Of a stretch of 64,000 nt of DNA, positions 27,055 to 39,200 are shown piece after piece; the stretch's first letter is position 1, and each line of letters opens with the position of its first letter. The position numbers were made by a program, and so were the translations under genes. The notes beneath the pieces were generated by a model, which worked only from the letters and a program-made list of their open reading frames with translations, ran no database searches and was not told the origin of the DNA. The DNA lies in assembly GCA_002269645.1 (NCBI GenBank), contig NIVC01000396.1, positions 248,001-312,000 of the forward strand. Reading direction: 5' to 3'. This DNA is from Macrostomum lignano. Lineage: Eukaryota.

Positions 27055-27121
27055 CCCCTACTAGGCGCCGCGTCTTCGTCGTGGGGGGGAGGTGTCCCTA
27101 TGGGATATCAAAGAGCGCCTA
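27055..27121 (+). ncRNA. HDV-like self-cleaving ribozyme fold at the element 5' end
   Basis: P2 TAGGCGC/GCGCCTA, P3 GCG/CGT, L3 TCTTCGT, P1 3' strand G7, P1.1 CT/AG, P4 GTGTCCC/GGGATAT, then C27109-AAA in J4/2. The P1 5' strand is ambiguous and imperfect. Confidence 0.6.
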
Positions 27122-27234
27122 AACCTCGGACACTCTGTGTCCCATCGGCTAGAAGAAGTTTGTGTCAACGGAAGCTGCAGCCCGCCGATGGCTTCCCGGC
27201 GGTTGAGGGTGGCAGTTGGGCCCACCACCTTCCC

Positions 27235-27282
27235 AAGCTGCGCTTAATCAGGGCCGGCGACATCGAAACCAACCCAGGACCC
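27235..27282 (+). other. 2A-like StopGo (ribosome-skipping) motif KLRLIRAGDIETNPG|P
   Basis: Exact D-[V/I]-E-x-N-P-G-P consensus preceded by a leucine-rich helix, in frame with the ATG at 27100. Confidence 0.85.
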
Positions 27283-30200
27283 CCCCCCCGTCGCACTGTG
27301 GCAAGGCCTGCTGCGGCAAGCCGCTCCGCGACAGGGCGCTGGTCTGTCGGCAATGCAACCGCGGTTTTCATCTCCAATGAATCTGCTCTGGGTTGAGCCG
27401 TTGGGCCTCGGACCGCGCTGTGCGCGAGAACACCTGGACTTGTTCCGACTGCTCACGTGGGCCAGTCTCATCCCCGGAGCCGCCGGGACAAGACACCGAG
27501 GTCACTGCTCAGCAAGACACTCCCGACCAGGCGGAGTCACCGGCCGAGGATCGGAGACTCACCCTGCTTGCGAGGATCAAAGAAGAAAAGCCTAACTGCG
27601 CCAAGTGCAAGAAGACCATCCGGGTGTCGACGGTGATTGCCTACTGTAACACCTGTGAGGCCTTTTTCCACAACGCATGCACCGAAGCCACCAGAGAACA
27701 GATTAAGCAAGAAGTCCGCAGGGGCCGCTGGCGGTGTCGTTTCTGTACCGAAGCCCTCACTACCGGTGGAGCTACGCACTCCTCGCCAGAAGCCGACCCC
27801 ACGGCCCACAACGAAACGCACCGCGGACGGAAAGGACCTGTCAATTACAAGGGCCTCAAGGTCCTGCAATGGAATGCGGACGGCATCCAAAACAAAATGG
27901 GAGAACTGGAGGAGCTGGTCCAACGCCTCAAAGTTGATGTCGTCATGATCCAAGAATCTAAGCTTGACTCCGTCTCCCGCACGCCAAAGATCCCCGGCTT
28001 TACCACCGTGAGAAAAGACCGACGAACGCTACGTTCCAGCGAGACGTACAAGGGAGGAGGTCTCCTCACGCTCATCCGCCAAGAAATCCCCTTTCGGCGG
28101 CTCAAAGGCTGGAGTGGGGGCACGGTGGAAGGCTGCCGCATCGTGATCAACCTTAGTGCCAAACAGCGCCTCGTGCTCACTAACATTTACCGGCCGCCCA
28201 TCAGGCGCAATGCTGGCGCCGACTGCCGGGAGCACCCGGACATCGATCTCTGGCTGAAGCCGCACCAGCGCGAGATTATTGCTGGCGACTTTAATCTCCA
28301 TCACACGACCTGGGGTAGTCTGCCTGGCCAGGGGCCCGAGGGCGCCGAACAAGCCAAAGCCCTGCTGGAGTGGTGTGACAGTAATGGGTATTGTGTCCTC
28401 AACTCGGGCTCCCTCAACCTGTCTCGATCGCCGCGACGGTGGAGAGAGTGCCCCCGACATCAGCCTTGCTAGCGCCGGCCTCGACGACCTCTGCTCGTGG
28501 GAGGCCCTTGACGAACTGGGCTCTGACCACAAACCCATTCTCATCACAGTGGATGGCGACCGTGCTAGCACCGAGCAGAAGATTTGTCTCGCCTGGGCCT
28601 GGCAGAAAGCTGACTGGAACAGCTACCAGGCCCAGTTCGAAGACGATAGCAATGGGCTCAACAAAGGCACTGTCAAGCAGCAAATCCAACGCCTCTGCTT
28701 TCGTATGAGTAAGGCGGCAAAAGCTTGCATTCCCATGAAGCGCGTCTCCTCCAAAAACAAGCCCTACTGGGATTCGGAGCTCTCTAGTCTTCGGGACGAA
28801 AGAAACAGACTCAGATCCCGTGGCGGTGACCCGGACGAGTGGAAGCGCAAGAATGCCGAGCTCAACAGGGCCTGCGCGGAGAAAAAAGCCGCCTTCTGGC
28901 AGGAATTTGTTCAGGACCTGTCTAGTTCCTCAGACATAAAAAAAGTGTGGCGTAACATTAAAACCCTAAGTGCTGGAGAGCAACCGACCGCGAAGAACGA
29001 AATCCTAGTGGCGGACGGAAAGGAGTGCAGCTCGGATCGCGACAATCAAATGCTTTTGGCCGATACTACGCCAAGATCAGCACCCTCAAGCATGACGCCG
29101 CTGACCGCGCCTTCAAAGTTAGCACCGCGAAGCGTTTGAATAAGTATCCCACGGGGACCTCCGAGCACGATTGCACCCTCACCATGGGAGAACTCAAACG
29201 AGTCATCTCACACCTCGACGTCACCAAAAAAGCCGGCCCCGACGGCATCGAAGCGGCTTTCTTCAGACACCTGCGGACTCGTGGCTCACGGCCTGGCTCA
29301 CGGTCTTTAATCGGTGCTGGTCCCTAGGGCACTGCCCGGGAGTCTGGAAGAAGGCGGTGATCGTCCCACTTTTGAAAGAGGGCAAAGACCCAGCCAACTG
29401 CAGCAGCTTCCGGCCTGTTAGTCTCACTTCCATCTGTCATCATCATGGAGCGCATTGTGATGGACCGGCTCATGCACTGGATCGAACTCAACAACACGCT
29501 GCAACCGTGGCAAGCTGGTTTTCAGAGAGGGCGTAGCTGCGAAGAGCAAGTGGCGCGTCTGGTCCAGGAAATCCAAGACCACTGGGAACAACGCCCGCCT
29601 CGCAAAACGATCGCTGTCACCCTTGACTGCTCCCGCGCCTTCGACCGGGTCTGGCGTACCCGCCTCCTTGCCCGTCTCATGGATGAGGGAGTCCCGGGTC
29701 GCATGGTGCACTGGTTTGCCAGCTTCCTGGAGGGGCGCCAGATTGCCTTCCGCGTGGGCGACACGATTGGCAAATGGAGGCCGCTTAAGGAGGGGGTGCC
29801 CCAGGGGGCTGTGTGCTCGCCGGTGCTCTTCCTCCTGTACATCAATGACTGGGCGGACTCCCTGGTCCCAGATGTAAACTACGCCGGCTTTGCTGACGAC
29901 CTGGGCGTCTGGGCCTCGGGCAGCAACATCCAGCAGATTGCGGAGCGCCTTCAACTGGCCATCGATCGCATCGACGCCTGGGCCACTGATCTCCGTATCG
30001 ATCTCAATCCCCTCAAAACTGAATGCTGTATCTTCTCGAGAGACCGCAGGGACCGCGACCGTACCCTCAACCTGTGCATCCGAGGCCAGCAACTCCCAAC
30101 CAGGCAGGAGCTGCGCTACCTGGGTGTCTGGATCGACAGCGGCCTGCTCTTCAAGCGGCAGTCCGACGAAGTTGCCGCCAAACTGCGCCGTCGTTGTGCT

Positions 30201-31580
30201 GTCCTGCGTGCACTGTCGCATCGCGAATGGGGGTGGGACCGCGCCACGCTTAGGACGGTGTATAAAGCCGTGGTGGAGTCTGTGGTTTGGCATGCGGCTG
30301 CAGCCTGGATGCCCTGGCTCTCCCAGACTCGCCTCAATGACCTGGACAGAGCCCAAAAAGTCGCTCTGAGACTTGTCTCCGGTCTACCAAGCTCGACTCC
30401 TAGCGTGGCCATCTACCGTGAGGCCGATTGTGTGCCCATCAGCCTGGAGGCCAAACGACAAGCGCTGGTCGCCGTCGAAAAGGCGCTCCGGCGGCCCGAG
30501 GCGGACCCCTGGAGGTCCAGGTGTGAACTCAGGACCCCCACCCGGCTCAAAGCCAACCGTGGCCTCCGCGAACAAGCCCACTCAGTGCTCAACGAGATCC
30601 TCCCACACAGCCGTCTCCCGGGAGCCTGGGTCAGAGCCCCGCCGTGGGACACGCTCAGCGGCTCGGACCGGCTGAGGCTCTATCCGCAACTGGTGAGACC
30701 GCTCCGTAAATCCGACAGTCAGCACACCCGCGATCCGATCATCGCCGACACTTTCCGAGAACGCCTGCCCAGTACCTGCTACTTTACGGACGGCTCCGCT
30801 TCGGGTGGCACCGCCAACGGCGGCGCCGCCTGGATCCTGTTTGACCAGGAGACGGGTACGATCATCCGGGGCGGCCACTCTGCAGCGGGCAGATGGTGCA
30901 GCTCCTTCGAAACCGAGCTCCGCGCGCTCCGAGATGCCGTCGTGGATGTCATCCAGCAGGACATTGGCACCGCCACCCTCCTCACTGATAGCCAGGCGGC
31001 CGTCAGAGCACTGATAGCCGACTGGCCCACCACTAACGCGCTACTCGAAGACCTGAAGGCCCTTCTTCGGCAAGCAGCTGGCCGTTGCGTTCTCACGATC
31101 CAGTGGATTCCCGGCCATGCTGGCGTGGCTGGTAACGAGTTCGTCGATCGCGAGGCCAAAGCCGCAGCTCTTCTGGATCAAGCCCAAGTGGCCATCTCGC
31201 TCGAAGCAGCCAAGCGGTTTATCTACCGCCGACTCGAGTACCTTCCGGACCTGACCGGCCATCTGAAGGAGACTTACCAAGGACGCATCACGCATCATAA
31301 CGGCAGCCGGTGAGAGCAAGTCCTCGTTGCGCAGGTGAGAGCTGGACACTGCCCCTCCTCGGCCTATTACGCTAAGCGCATCGGCAAAGCTCAGCTGGCC
31401 GAGTGCAGGCTTTGCGGGCTCGAGGTAGACCAATTCCACCTGGTCCACTGCCCTGCGATCGATGTCGCCCGAAGACAGAACAGCATCTGCGATCTGAAAG
31501 ACCTAGCCGATGGGAACCTGGTGGCGCGGCTCCTGGAGTGGATCCACTGAACCCCGCTCTAGGCGGCTGCACTCCGCACT

Positions 31581-31802
31581 CAACAACAACAACAGCAACA
31601 ACAACAACAACAACAACAACAACGACAACTACAACAAAAATAACAACAATAATAACAACAACAAAAACAACAACAACAACAACAAAAACAACAACAACAA
31701 CAACAACAACAATAATAATAATAATAGCAACGACAACGACAACTACAACACAAATAACAACAATAATAACAAAAACAACAACAACAACAACAACAACAAC
31801 AA
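31581..31802. repeat. (AAC/AAT)n microsatellite, right half of the Ingi target (left half about 26900-27014)
   Basis: Direct trinucleotide repeats. Confidence 0.92.
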
Positions 31803-31931
31803 AGACTCAAGTTTCTAAATCCATGCACTCAACTCACATCCGTTCAGAGCAGCTGACTTCAATCAGTGAAATAAAATTCTCTAGCAAGTCAACTCGGACT
31901 TACCACCGCTCCGACTCCCCAACCTATGCAG

Positions 31932-32082
31932 AGGTGTCGTCCGCTCGGCCATTGCGGCTGCTGGCACTCGGCCGGCTCTGCAGCTCATCCTGCAGCAGAT
32001 TCTCAGCGAAAGAAACTCCTGGTCGGTTGACGCGCTGTCGCAGCTGCCGCATCCTACTGTCGGGATGCTGCAAGATGTTCTG
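31932..32082 (+). CDS. LLTP exon 5
   Basis: Acceptor ATGCAG|A matches phase 2. SAIAAAGTRPALQLILQQI...LPHPTVGML matches LLTP D.L...GT.PAL...P.PT..ML. Donor CTG|GTGAGT. Confidence 0.75.
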
Positions 32083-32149
32083 GTGAGTGTTTTTGTGGAA
32101 TAAGCGCAAAAGTTTGGTAGATAAGCACAGTTTGAGGTTAAGGCAGATT

Positions 32150-32795
32150 GCAGATAAGCACAGAGTAGGGTAGGTAAGCAGATGGTAGATGGTAGAGGGT
32201 GAGGGTGGATAAGCACAGTGTGAGGGTAGATAAGCACAGCGTGAGGGTGGATAAGCAGTGAGAGGGTAGATAAGCACAGCGTGAGGGTGGATAAGCAGTG
32301 TGAGGGTGGATAAGCACAGCGTGAGGGTGGATAAGCAGTGTGAGGGTGGATAAGCACAGCGTGAGGGTGGATAAGCAGTGTGAGGGTGGATAAGCACAGC
32401 GTGAGGGTAGATAAGCACAGTGTGAGGGTGGATAAGCACAGTGTGAGGGTAGATAAGCACAGTGTGAGGGTAGATAAGCACAGTGTGAGGGTAGATAAGC
32501 ACAGTGTGAGGGTAGATAAGCACAGTGTGAGGGTAGATAAGCACAGTGTGAGGGTAGATAAGCAGATGGTAGTTATGTGAGGGTAGATAAGCACAGTGTG
32601 AGGGTAGATAAGCACAGTGTGAGGGTAGATAAGCTCAGTTTGAGGGTAGATAAGCTCAGTGTGGGGGTAGATAAGCTCAGTGTGAGGGTAGATAAACACA
32701 GTGTGAGGGTAGATAAACACAGTGTGAGGGTGGATAAGCACAGTGTGAGGGTAGATAAGCACAGAGTGAGGGTAGATAAGCACAGTGTGAGGGTA
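32150..32795. repeat. 21-bp minisatellite (GTGAGGGTAGATAAGCACAGT)n
   Basis: Direct tandem units. Confidence 0.93.
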
Positions 32796-33293
32796 GACTT
32801 GGGAGCTGGGGGACAAAAAACCCCAAAATCTCACGCCTCAATGATTCGGATTTTTCAAAAATAATTTCCGACTAAAATTCCCAGTGAGCCGCCTGAGCCC
32901 TCCCACCACGACAGACTTGAAGAAGTTCTTAGCAAAGTGAATGAATATGTCATGCACAGTCAACAGACCAAATCCAAGGAAGGTCACAATAGAAAAACAA
33001 TTCTGAGTCACGCATCACGTGCGGAACTGCCTGTAGTCGTAAAATTGATTTTTTGAAGCTGCCCGTGGAAATGATTGACAGCAGCGGTTGGTGCAGTTTA
33101 ATCAGTCACTTTAAACAAGTCAAAATTATTCTTAGATCTATCATGCATACTTTGGATTATCTTTGCTGAGGGGGGGGGCAAAGAAGCTCCGACTCTCGCG
33201 ACTCGAGCTCTGCAGCTTGCCCTGCTGAGATGGGGCGGCGGCAGCTCTGGGCAGCGTTACAATCTGGTGAATTTTTATGAACTCAACTTTCAG

Positions 33294-36200
33294 GACTTCG
33301 TCAACAGGCGCCGCAGCAGAGGCAACTGGCAGGGCGAAGCCCTCGCCCTGGGCGACCTGGTCTACCGGGTCTGCCGGGAGCACCGGGGCTGCGGCACCGA
33401 CCCGGCCGTGGCCAGAGTTGTCCGGTTTTTCTCCGACCAGCTCGGCTCCGAGGAGGCCTGCAGCCGCCTGCAGGTCGGCAGCTGCTACACCGCCGACGCC
33501 TTTGTCGCCCTGCTGGCCGTCGGCAACATGGGCCGCGCTGGCGGCGGCGCCTCCGCCCTTGTAGGCTGCGCGGCCAATCCGCGCCTGGCGCTGGCGCACC
33601 GCGTCTTCGCGCTGCAATCGCTGCGCCGATTTGACTACGACAAGGACAACGACGCCGGGGCGCGCGACCGGCTGGCGCGGCTGCTGCTGGACGGCGCGCT
33701 GGACGCGGAGCTGCGCATCGCCGCTTACCGGGCCCTGGCCGCGATCGGCCTGACCGGCCAACGCGCCGACAGCCTTCGCTCGGCCGTCCGGCGGCTGCTG
33801 ACCAGCCCGAATGAGGACAGGCAAACCCAGCTATTTGTCCGAACCCACCTGTCCGGACTGGCCGGCGGGGCCTCCGACCCGCTGCTGGACAAGGCCGCGG
33901 TGGCCGAAGCCGCAAAACTGCTTCAAGAAGCAGCAGAATCGGCGCCGGACATTGCGAAGGAGCTGGACTGGCTGAGCTGGCGCGAGTACTCCAGCGCCTG
34001 GCGCCTGCAGCACTTCAGCCACGACTGGGCAACCGGCGGGCGCATTGAAGCCTCGGTGGTGTTCTCGCCGCAGTCGGCAATCCCGCGGTACATCGGCCTC
34101 AACCTGACGCTCATCGACCCTGGCCGAGGCCGGCAGGTCAACGCGCTGGAGCTCGGCCTGCGCATCGAGGGCGTAGACGACGAGGCGCACGAGGCCTACA
34201 AGCTCTTCGCCCAGCGGTTCGGAGCCTCAAAATCCCCCGGCATGGACATCTTTCTCCGACGCAGGGTGCGCCGGCAGACGGTCGGGGTGGACCTGACCCC
34301 GGAGCAGGAGAGCCGGATGCAGGCGGCGCAGGAGCCCCGGGTGGACATTGTGGTGCGGCAGTCCGGGGCCGAGGTCTCCCACAGCACCGTCAGTGGCATC
34401 GGCCTGACAGCGCCGCTGCAGCTCCTGAAGAACATCGACTTCTCCACCATCAGGCAGTTGATGGAGGTGCTGCCGCAGTTTAAGAAGTTCTTCGACAGCA
34501 AAAGGTCATCAATGTCGGCTGGCGTCCTGTCGGAGGAGGCCGTGTCGCTGCCGACGATCTCTGGCGCGCCGCTGATTGTGAAGAGTTCGGCGCACTACCT
34601 CACCGAGCTGCGGCTGGACAAAGTGCTCGACCTGAGCTGGACCGGAAACTCCTCGGCCAGGCTGGAGCTGCGCCCCGTGGCCGCGCTGCGACAGTCGCGC
34701 ACCGTCTCTGTTGACGCCCCGTTCGAGCGAATGGGCGTGCGGACCAACTTGAGCTTCCTGACGAACACGGGACTGGGGCTGAGCCTGGAGAGGGCCCGGT
34801 CTGACGAGGCCGACAGCGACCAGACGATCTCGATGAAGCTGGAGCCCCTGGACAAGCGGCAGAGTCTGGCGGACGCAAAGACTGACGCTGCGTTCTTCTG
34901 GCACGCGATCGGCGCAGACGGTGAAGCGACGCCGGTTGAGCAGCCGCTGGTGCCGTCGGAAGGAATGGAGCAGTCGGTGAGGTGCACCGACAACTTTATA
35001 AAGAAGCACTCGGGCCTGAAGCTCTGCGTGCAGTCCAAGAAGGTCTCGTCGGCTTCCTCCAGTTCAGCCAGCGGAGACACGGCAAGCCTTCTGAGCAGCC
35101 TGCGCCGCAGTCCGGGCAGCTTCCAGCTCTACCTGGAGAAGGATGACAGCCTTGGCGGATTCGAGCTCTATTTCCGGCAGAAGAGGCCGACTCCGCTTGA
35201 CCCTGGCAACAACTGGCTGGAGCTGCTGATCGGGGATCGGAACTCGCCTGACCGCATGCTGAAGCTGGCGCTGCGCTCGTCCCGACCCACCGGCAGCTCC
35301 AGCTGGCGATTCGAACTGATCAACCCGGTGTTCCCGGTGTCCCTGTTCGCCCAGGTGACCAACTCGACTAGCGAGTCTCAGCTGCAAGCGGACGTTCGAA
35401 TCGGCTCGGTTGAGTACAAGGCGGAGGGCGCGGCGCAATGGGCATCGGCAGATTCGCCGCAGATGCGACTGGCCGGCAGTTTCTATCGCAAGGACAAAGT
35501 CAGGCAGCGGGTGGAGATTTCCCTGGCGCACCGGATGGATGGCCGCGTGCTGGTGCTGCTGCCGCGGGCCAGCACCGCCTTCAACCTGACCCTGCAGAGC
35601 GGCAACCAGCTTCGACTTCTGTACGACCTGCAGACAGCGGCCGCCAACTTCACCTGGAAGATCGCCTCCGAGTACGCATCGCCCGCCGGGGTTCTGCACT
35701 CAGTGCAGTACCAGCTGAAGTACGAGAACAAGTTCAATAACAGCCGCAGGGACTACGGCGCCGTCATTTACGACTTGAAGGTGAGGAATGCGGAGGGGCG
35801 GCGGGTCGGGCACAGCCTGCACGCCAAACTGCAGCGCAGCATCGGCGCCATCAGCCGGGCCAACGTCAGCGTGCTGCACCAGCTGCGCCTCGGATCGGCG
35901 CTGCGACGCTCGCCGTTGGACTTCAAGCTGCAGGTCGGCCTTAGCGAGACCATCAACGGAGCGACGTTCAGCGCCGAGGGCAACGGCCAGCTGACCTACT
36001 ACAGGAGGGACACCGGCCAGGAGGTGACCGCCAAGCTTGAGGGCCTGAGAGTGAGCATGGAAGAGAACTCGAATATCGATCCCGTTGGTACCCAGTCTCT
36101 GTACGAAATCAACTGCGGCCTGGGCTACGAAGGCTACAAGGCCAGCTACAAGGGGGTGCTGCGCTACCTGCCCAGGCGGGACTGGGGGAGGCTGCGCCAG

Positions 36201-39200
36201 GCTTTCGAGCTGCAGCTGGGCGCTCAGCTGCTTGACGGCAGCATTGGCTCGGAAGTGACGCACTACTGGCACTTGAAGAACTACGTTTTCATGCCCGACG
36301 GCGGCCGGCAGATTGCGAGCGCGCAGATTGCGCGGGTGGTTTACGCCAATGAGACCCTGCTTCACATCCGCCATCAGCTGAATCGCGAGAGCCCCCTCGC
36401 TGCCTTGAGACACGACCTGTTTGTGCAGAGCAAACTGATCTCCCAGCTCAAGCTGAACTCGAGCGTCTCTTTGGCCCAAGAGGGAATCATGAGCATTGAT
36501 ACTAGTTTGGAGTTCGGCTCCAGCCAGGTATTCCAATGCAAGCAAAAATTTGAGTACATCGGGCTCGAGGAGGACCACCAGGTGAAGCACCGGGCGCAGC
36601 TGCTGTTGAAGAACTTGTACGTGCTGGAGTCGGACGCGCGGGTCAGTAGGGAGACGGCGGCGAGCCTGCTGCGGTTCCTGCTGTACCAGAGGCGCATTGT
36701 GGCTGGCCGCTACAATTTCCGCTACAGCTTGGCCCTGTTCGCCCGCTTCCTGGCTTCCATGCGGTTCAACGAGACGTCGAGGCTCACAGGGCCGGAGCCG
36801 GACCGGCGGACCGTCCTGGAGAATGTCATCGACCTGGCGCAGACCAACGGCACCGTCTGGAAGAATCAGCTGATGGCGCACTTTGACGGCTCGGAGGTGT
36901 TCAACTACGGCTTGTTACTGGAAAGGCAATCCAGAGATGAAGTGCAGAGACTGCGCGCCTTCCAAGTGGAGGCGTTCGGCTCCGGACAGTCGTTCAGGAC
37001 GCGGCTTGAGGCTCGGATGAAGAGCAGCGCCTCGCAGGCCGAGACGAGGCTGAATCTGACGTCTGGAGACACCTGGGGCTGGCACCGCGTGGAGGCCGAC
37101 GCGGCGGTGCTCATTAAGGGTGAGCAGAGCCTCTCGTGGAGGGAGAACGCCGAGACTGAAGCCGCCTCTCAGTTGCATTTCGACACAAAGCTCACAGGCC
37201 ACGTGTTAAATCGAAGAATCGATTCAAATGGAATGATTGGAATATGGAAGCAAATCAGCTCAACAGGTCGAGTATTCCGAGTGACGAGTGCTGCTGGAAC
37301 ACCGAAAGCGAACGCCACTTTCAACTTGAAACTGCTGCGGTCGCCGGAGGTGCTGCAACTGACCAACTCGCTGACCAACAGTCTGACGTTTCTGCCGTTC
37401 CGCCAGCTGGGAAGCACCATTGATGTCAAAAGTACATCGGGAACTTCTTATGCGTCACTTTTGTCCGAGTTCCAAGTGGACAACGATAAGGTTGCCTCGG
37501 CCAAGGCGTTGCATTCGCCAGCGGTCAGTCTGATCGACGTGAAGACGAAGCACTCGAATTTCCAGGAAATCAAGCTCAAGATCGGCCGAGAGCAGCTGAC
37601 GGGGCTGGCGGGCGAGACGAATTTCACCGCCATAGCGAAATTCACGCCTTTGGCTGGAAGGTCGGTGCGAGGCAGTCCGGTATCGTCACTGCCAACACAA
37701 CCCGGCCAAATACAAGAGGCTGGTGTCGGTGAGGGGCGACCTGGAGCTCGTGGGTCTGGAGAACTACATTCAGAGGAAGCGATTCAATGGCGAGGCCCTG
37801 CTGCAGCTGAAGCACAGCAACGAGTTCGACCTGCTGTTCTCAGTGGCGACGCCGAGTCCAGCTGGCATTGAGCTGCCGCTGCTGCGTTTGTCCAGCAACT
37901 TCGAGTTCGTGCCGTTGCGAGCCGAGCTCAAACTGCGCACAGCCGGCAGCTCCGGCCAATTGCTCAGCTACGGAGCCCGACTCGAGTTCGAGCCCAGCCG
38001 GAAGGCCAACGCGGATGTCGAGTTTGGAGAGCGAAGAGCGGAGCTGGGTTGGTCCCTGCAGCCCAGCCTGGGCGGAGCCGGCCGCTCTGCGCAGTTCCTG
38101 GCGAGGAACAGCTTCCTGGTGGCGCAGCCGGTCTTTGTTCACGGCGTTCTCAACTCCACCTGGCCGCTGAGAGCCGAGCCGCTCGAGGCCAGCATGGAGG
38201 TCAGGCTGAGCTCAACCAGATTCCCCGGGATGTCGATGCGGCTGGTGAACTACCTGGAGCGGAAGCTGGCTTTGCTGAGCATCATTGCTCAACCAGACAA
38301 CTCAGTCACCGACGTCTTCAGGCTGAGCTACAATCAGAGCGCGGATTTCGAAGGCATCCGAGGCGACACCTTTGCCAAATTCGATCTCAGCTCATTCTCG
38401 GAAAACATTGCGACCCGCTCCGTCAGAGTCAACTATTTGTTCGGCGTTAAAAAGGAGCTGCACTTTGAGGCGAGTCAAGACTCGATGACGATCCACACAG
38501 GAAGAATCCTCTGTTACTCGGAGCCGCGCCAAGTCGCAAGTGTCCGAGGGGTGGCCGAAGCCGCCGATTTCGTCGTTGCAATTAAATCGCAGCGAAGCTG
38601 GGCCGTCTATCTGACCAGATCGCCCATCGAGGCCAGCCGATCCTCTGTGTGGCACCTGTCCTATGACCAGTTCAATGACGCGAATCAGCTGTCAACTCCG
38701 TTCTCCGCTAAGGTGGAAATTTCCGACCCGTGGAGCGTCAGAAACGGCGAGGTGAGCATCTACGAGAAGACGTTCGAGCTGAGGACGCACCCCGCTGGCG
38801 GCATCGAGCTGGTTGTGAAGACCGGAGCGCCCGTGCTCTACAGAGTTCTCTGGTCGTCGAGTGGCGACTCCGGCACCGCAGGTGACAAATCCATGCGACT
38901 GGAGATCCGAGTTGACGATTCGATCACCGTGGCAGAGATTGTGCGGCGGCCAGGCCAGGCGGTGGTCACCTACGGCAGGCAGGACGCGCCCAACACTCTG
39001 ACCGTTGCGTACACAGTCAGTGGCAACCGAATGAACCTCACAGTCAGTCACCGGGTCGACAGTCGAAGCTCCAGCGCTCAGATCCTGCCAGGAGTCACCG
39101 TGCCGCTGCCGGCCACTCCGTTCAGGCTGGCCGCGCAAAACCGAGGCGGTCTGAAAGGCGATTTCCAGCTGAGCCTGGCGTCCTCAGCGGCGGGCAGCCT

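Larger units (their letters stand above)
27015..31583 (+). mobile_element. near full-length Ingi/I-group non-LTR retrotransposon (2A - PHD - PHD - APE - RT - RNase H - Zn knuckle), degraded
   Basis: APE: LQWNADG, IQES, AGDFN, SDHKPI. RT: PQGAVCSP, FADD. RNase H: YFTDGS, TDSQAA, WIPGHAGVAGNEFVD. CRLC..H..C knuckle. At least 4 frameshifts and 2 stops. Inserted in an (AAC)n tract; the 20-mer CAACAACAACAGCAACAACA lies at both 26995-27014 and 31584-31603. Confidence 0.9.

Noticed and set aside
33170-33293. Extra in-frame coding segment upstream of the exon-6 acceptor
   Set aside because: Open in frame but with no convincing acceptor or LLTP similarity. The TTTCAG|GAC site already fits phase and motif spacing.
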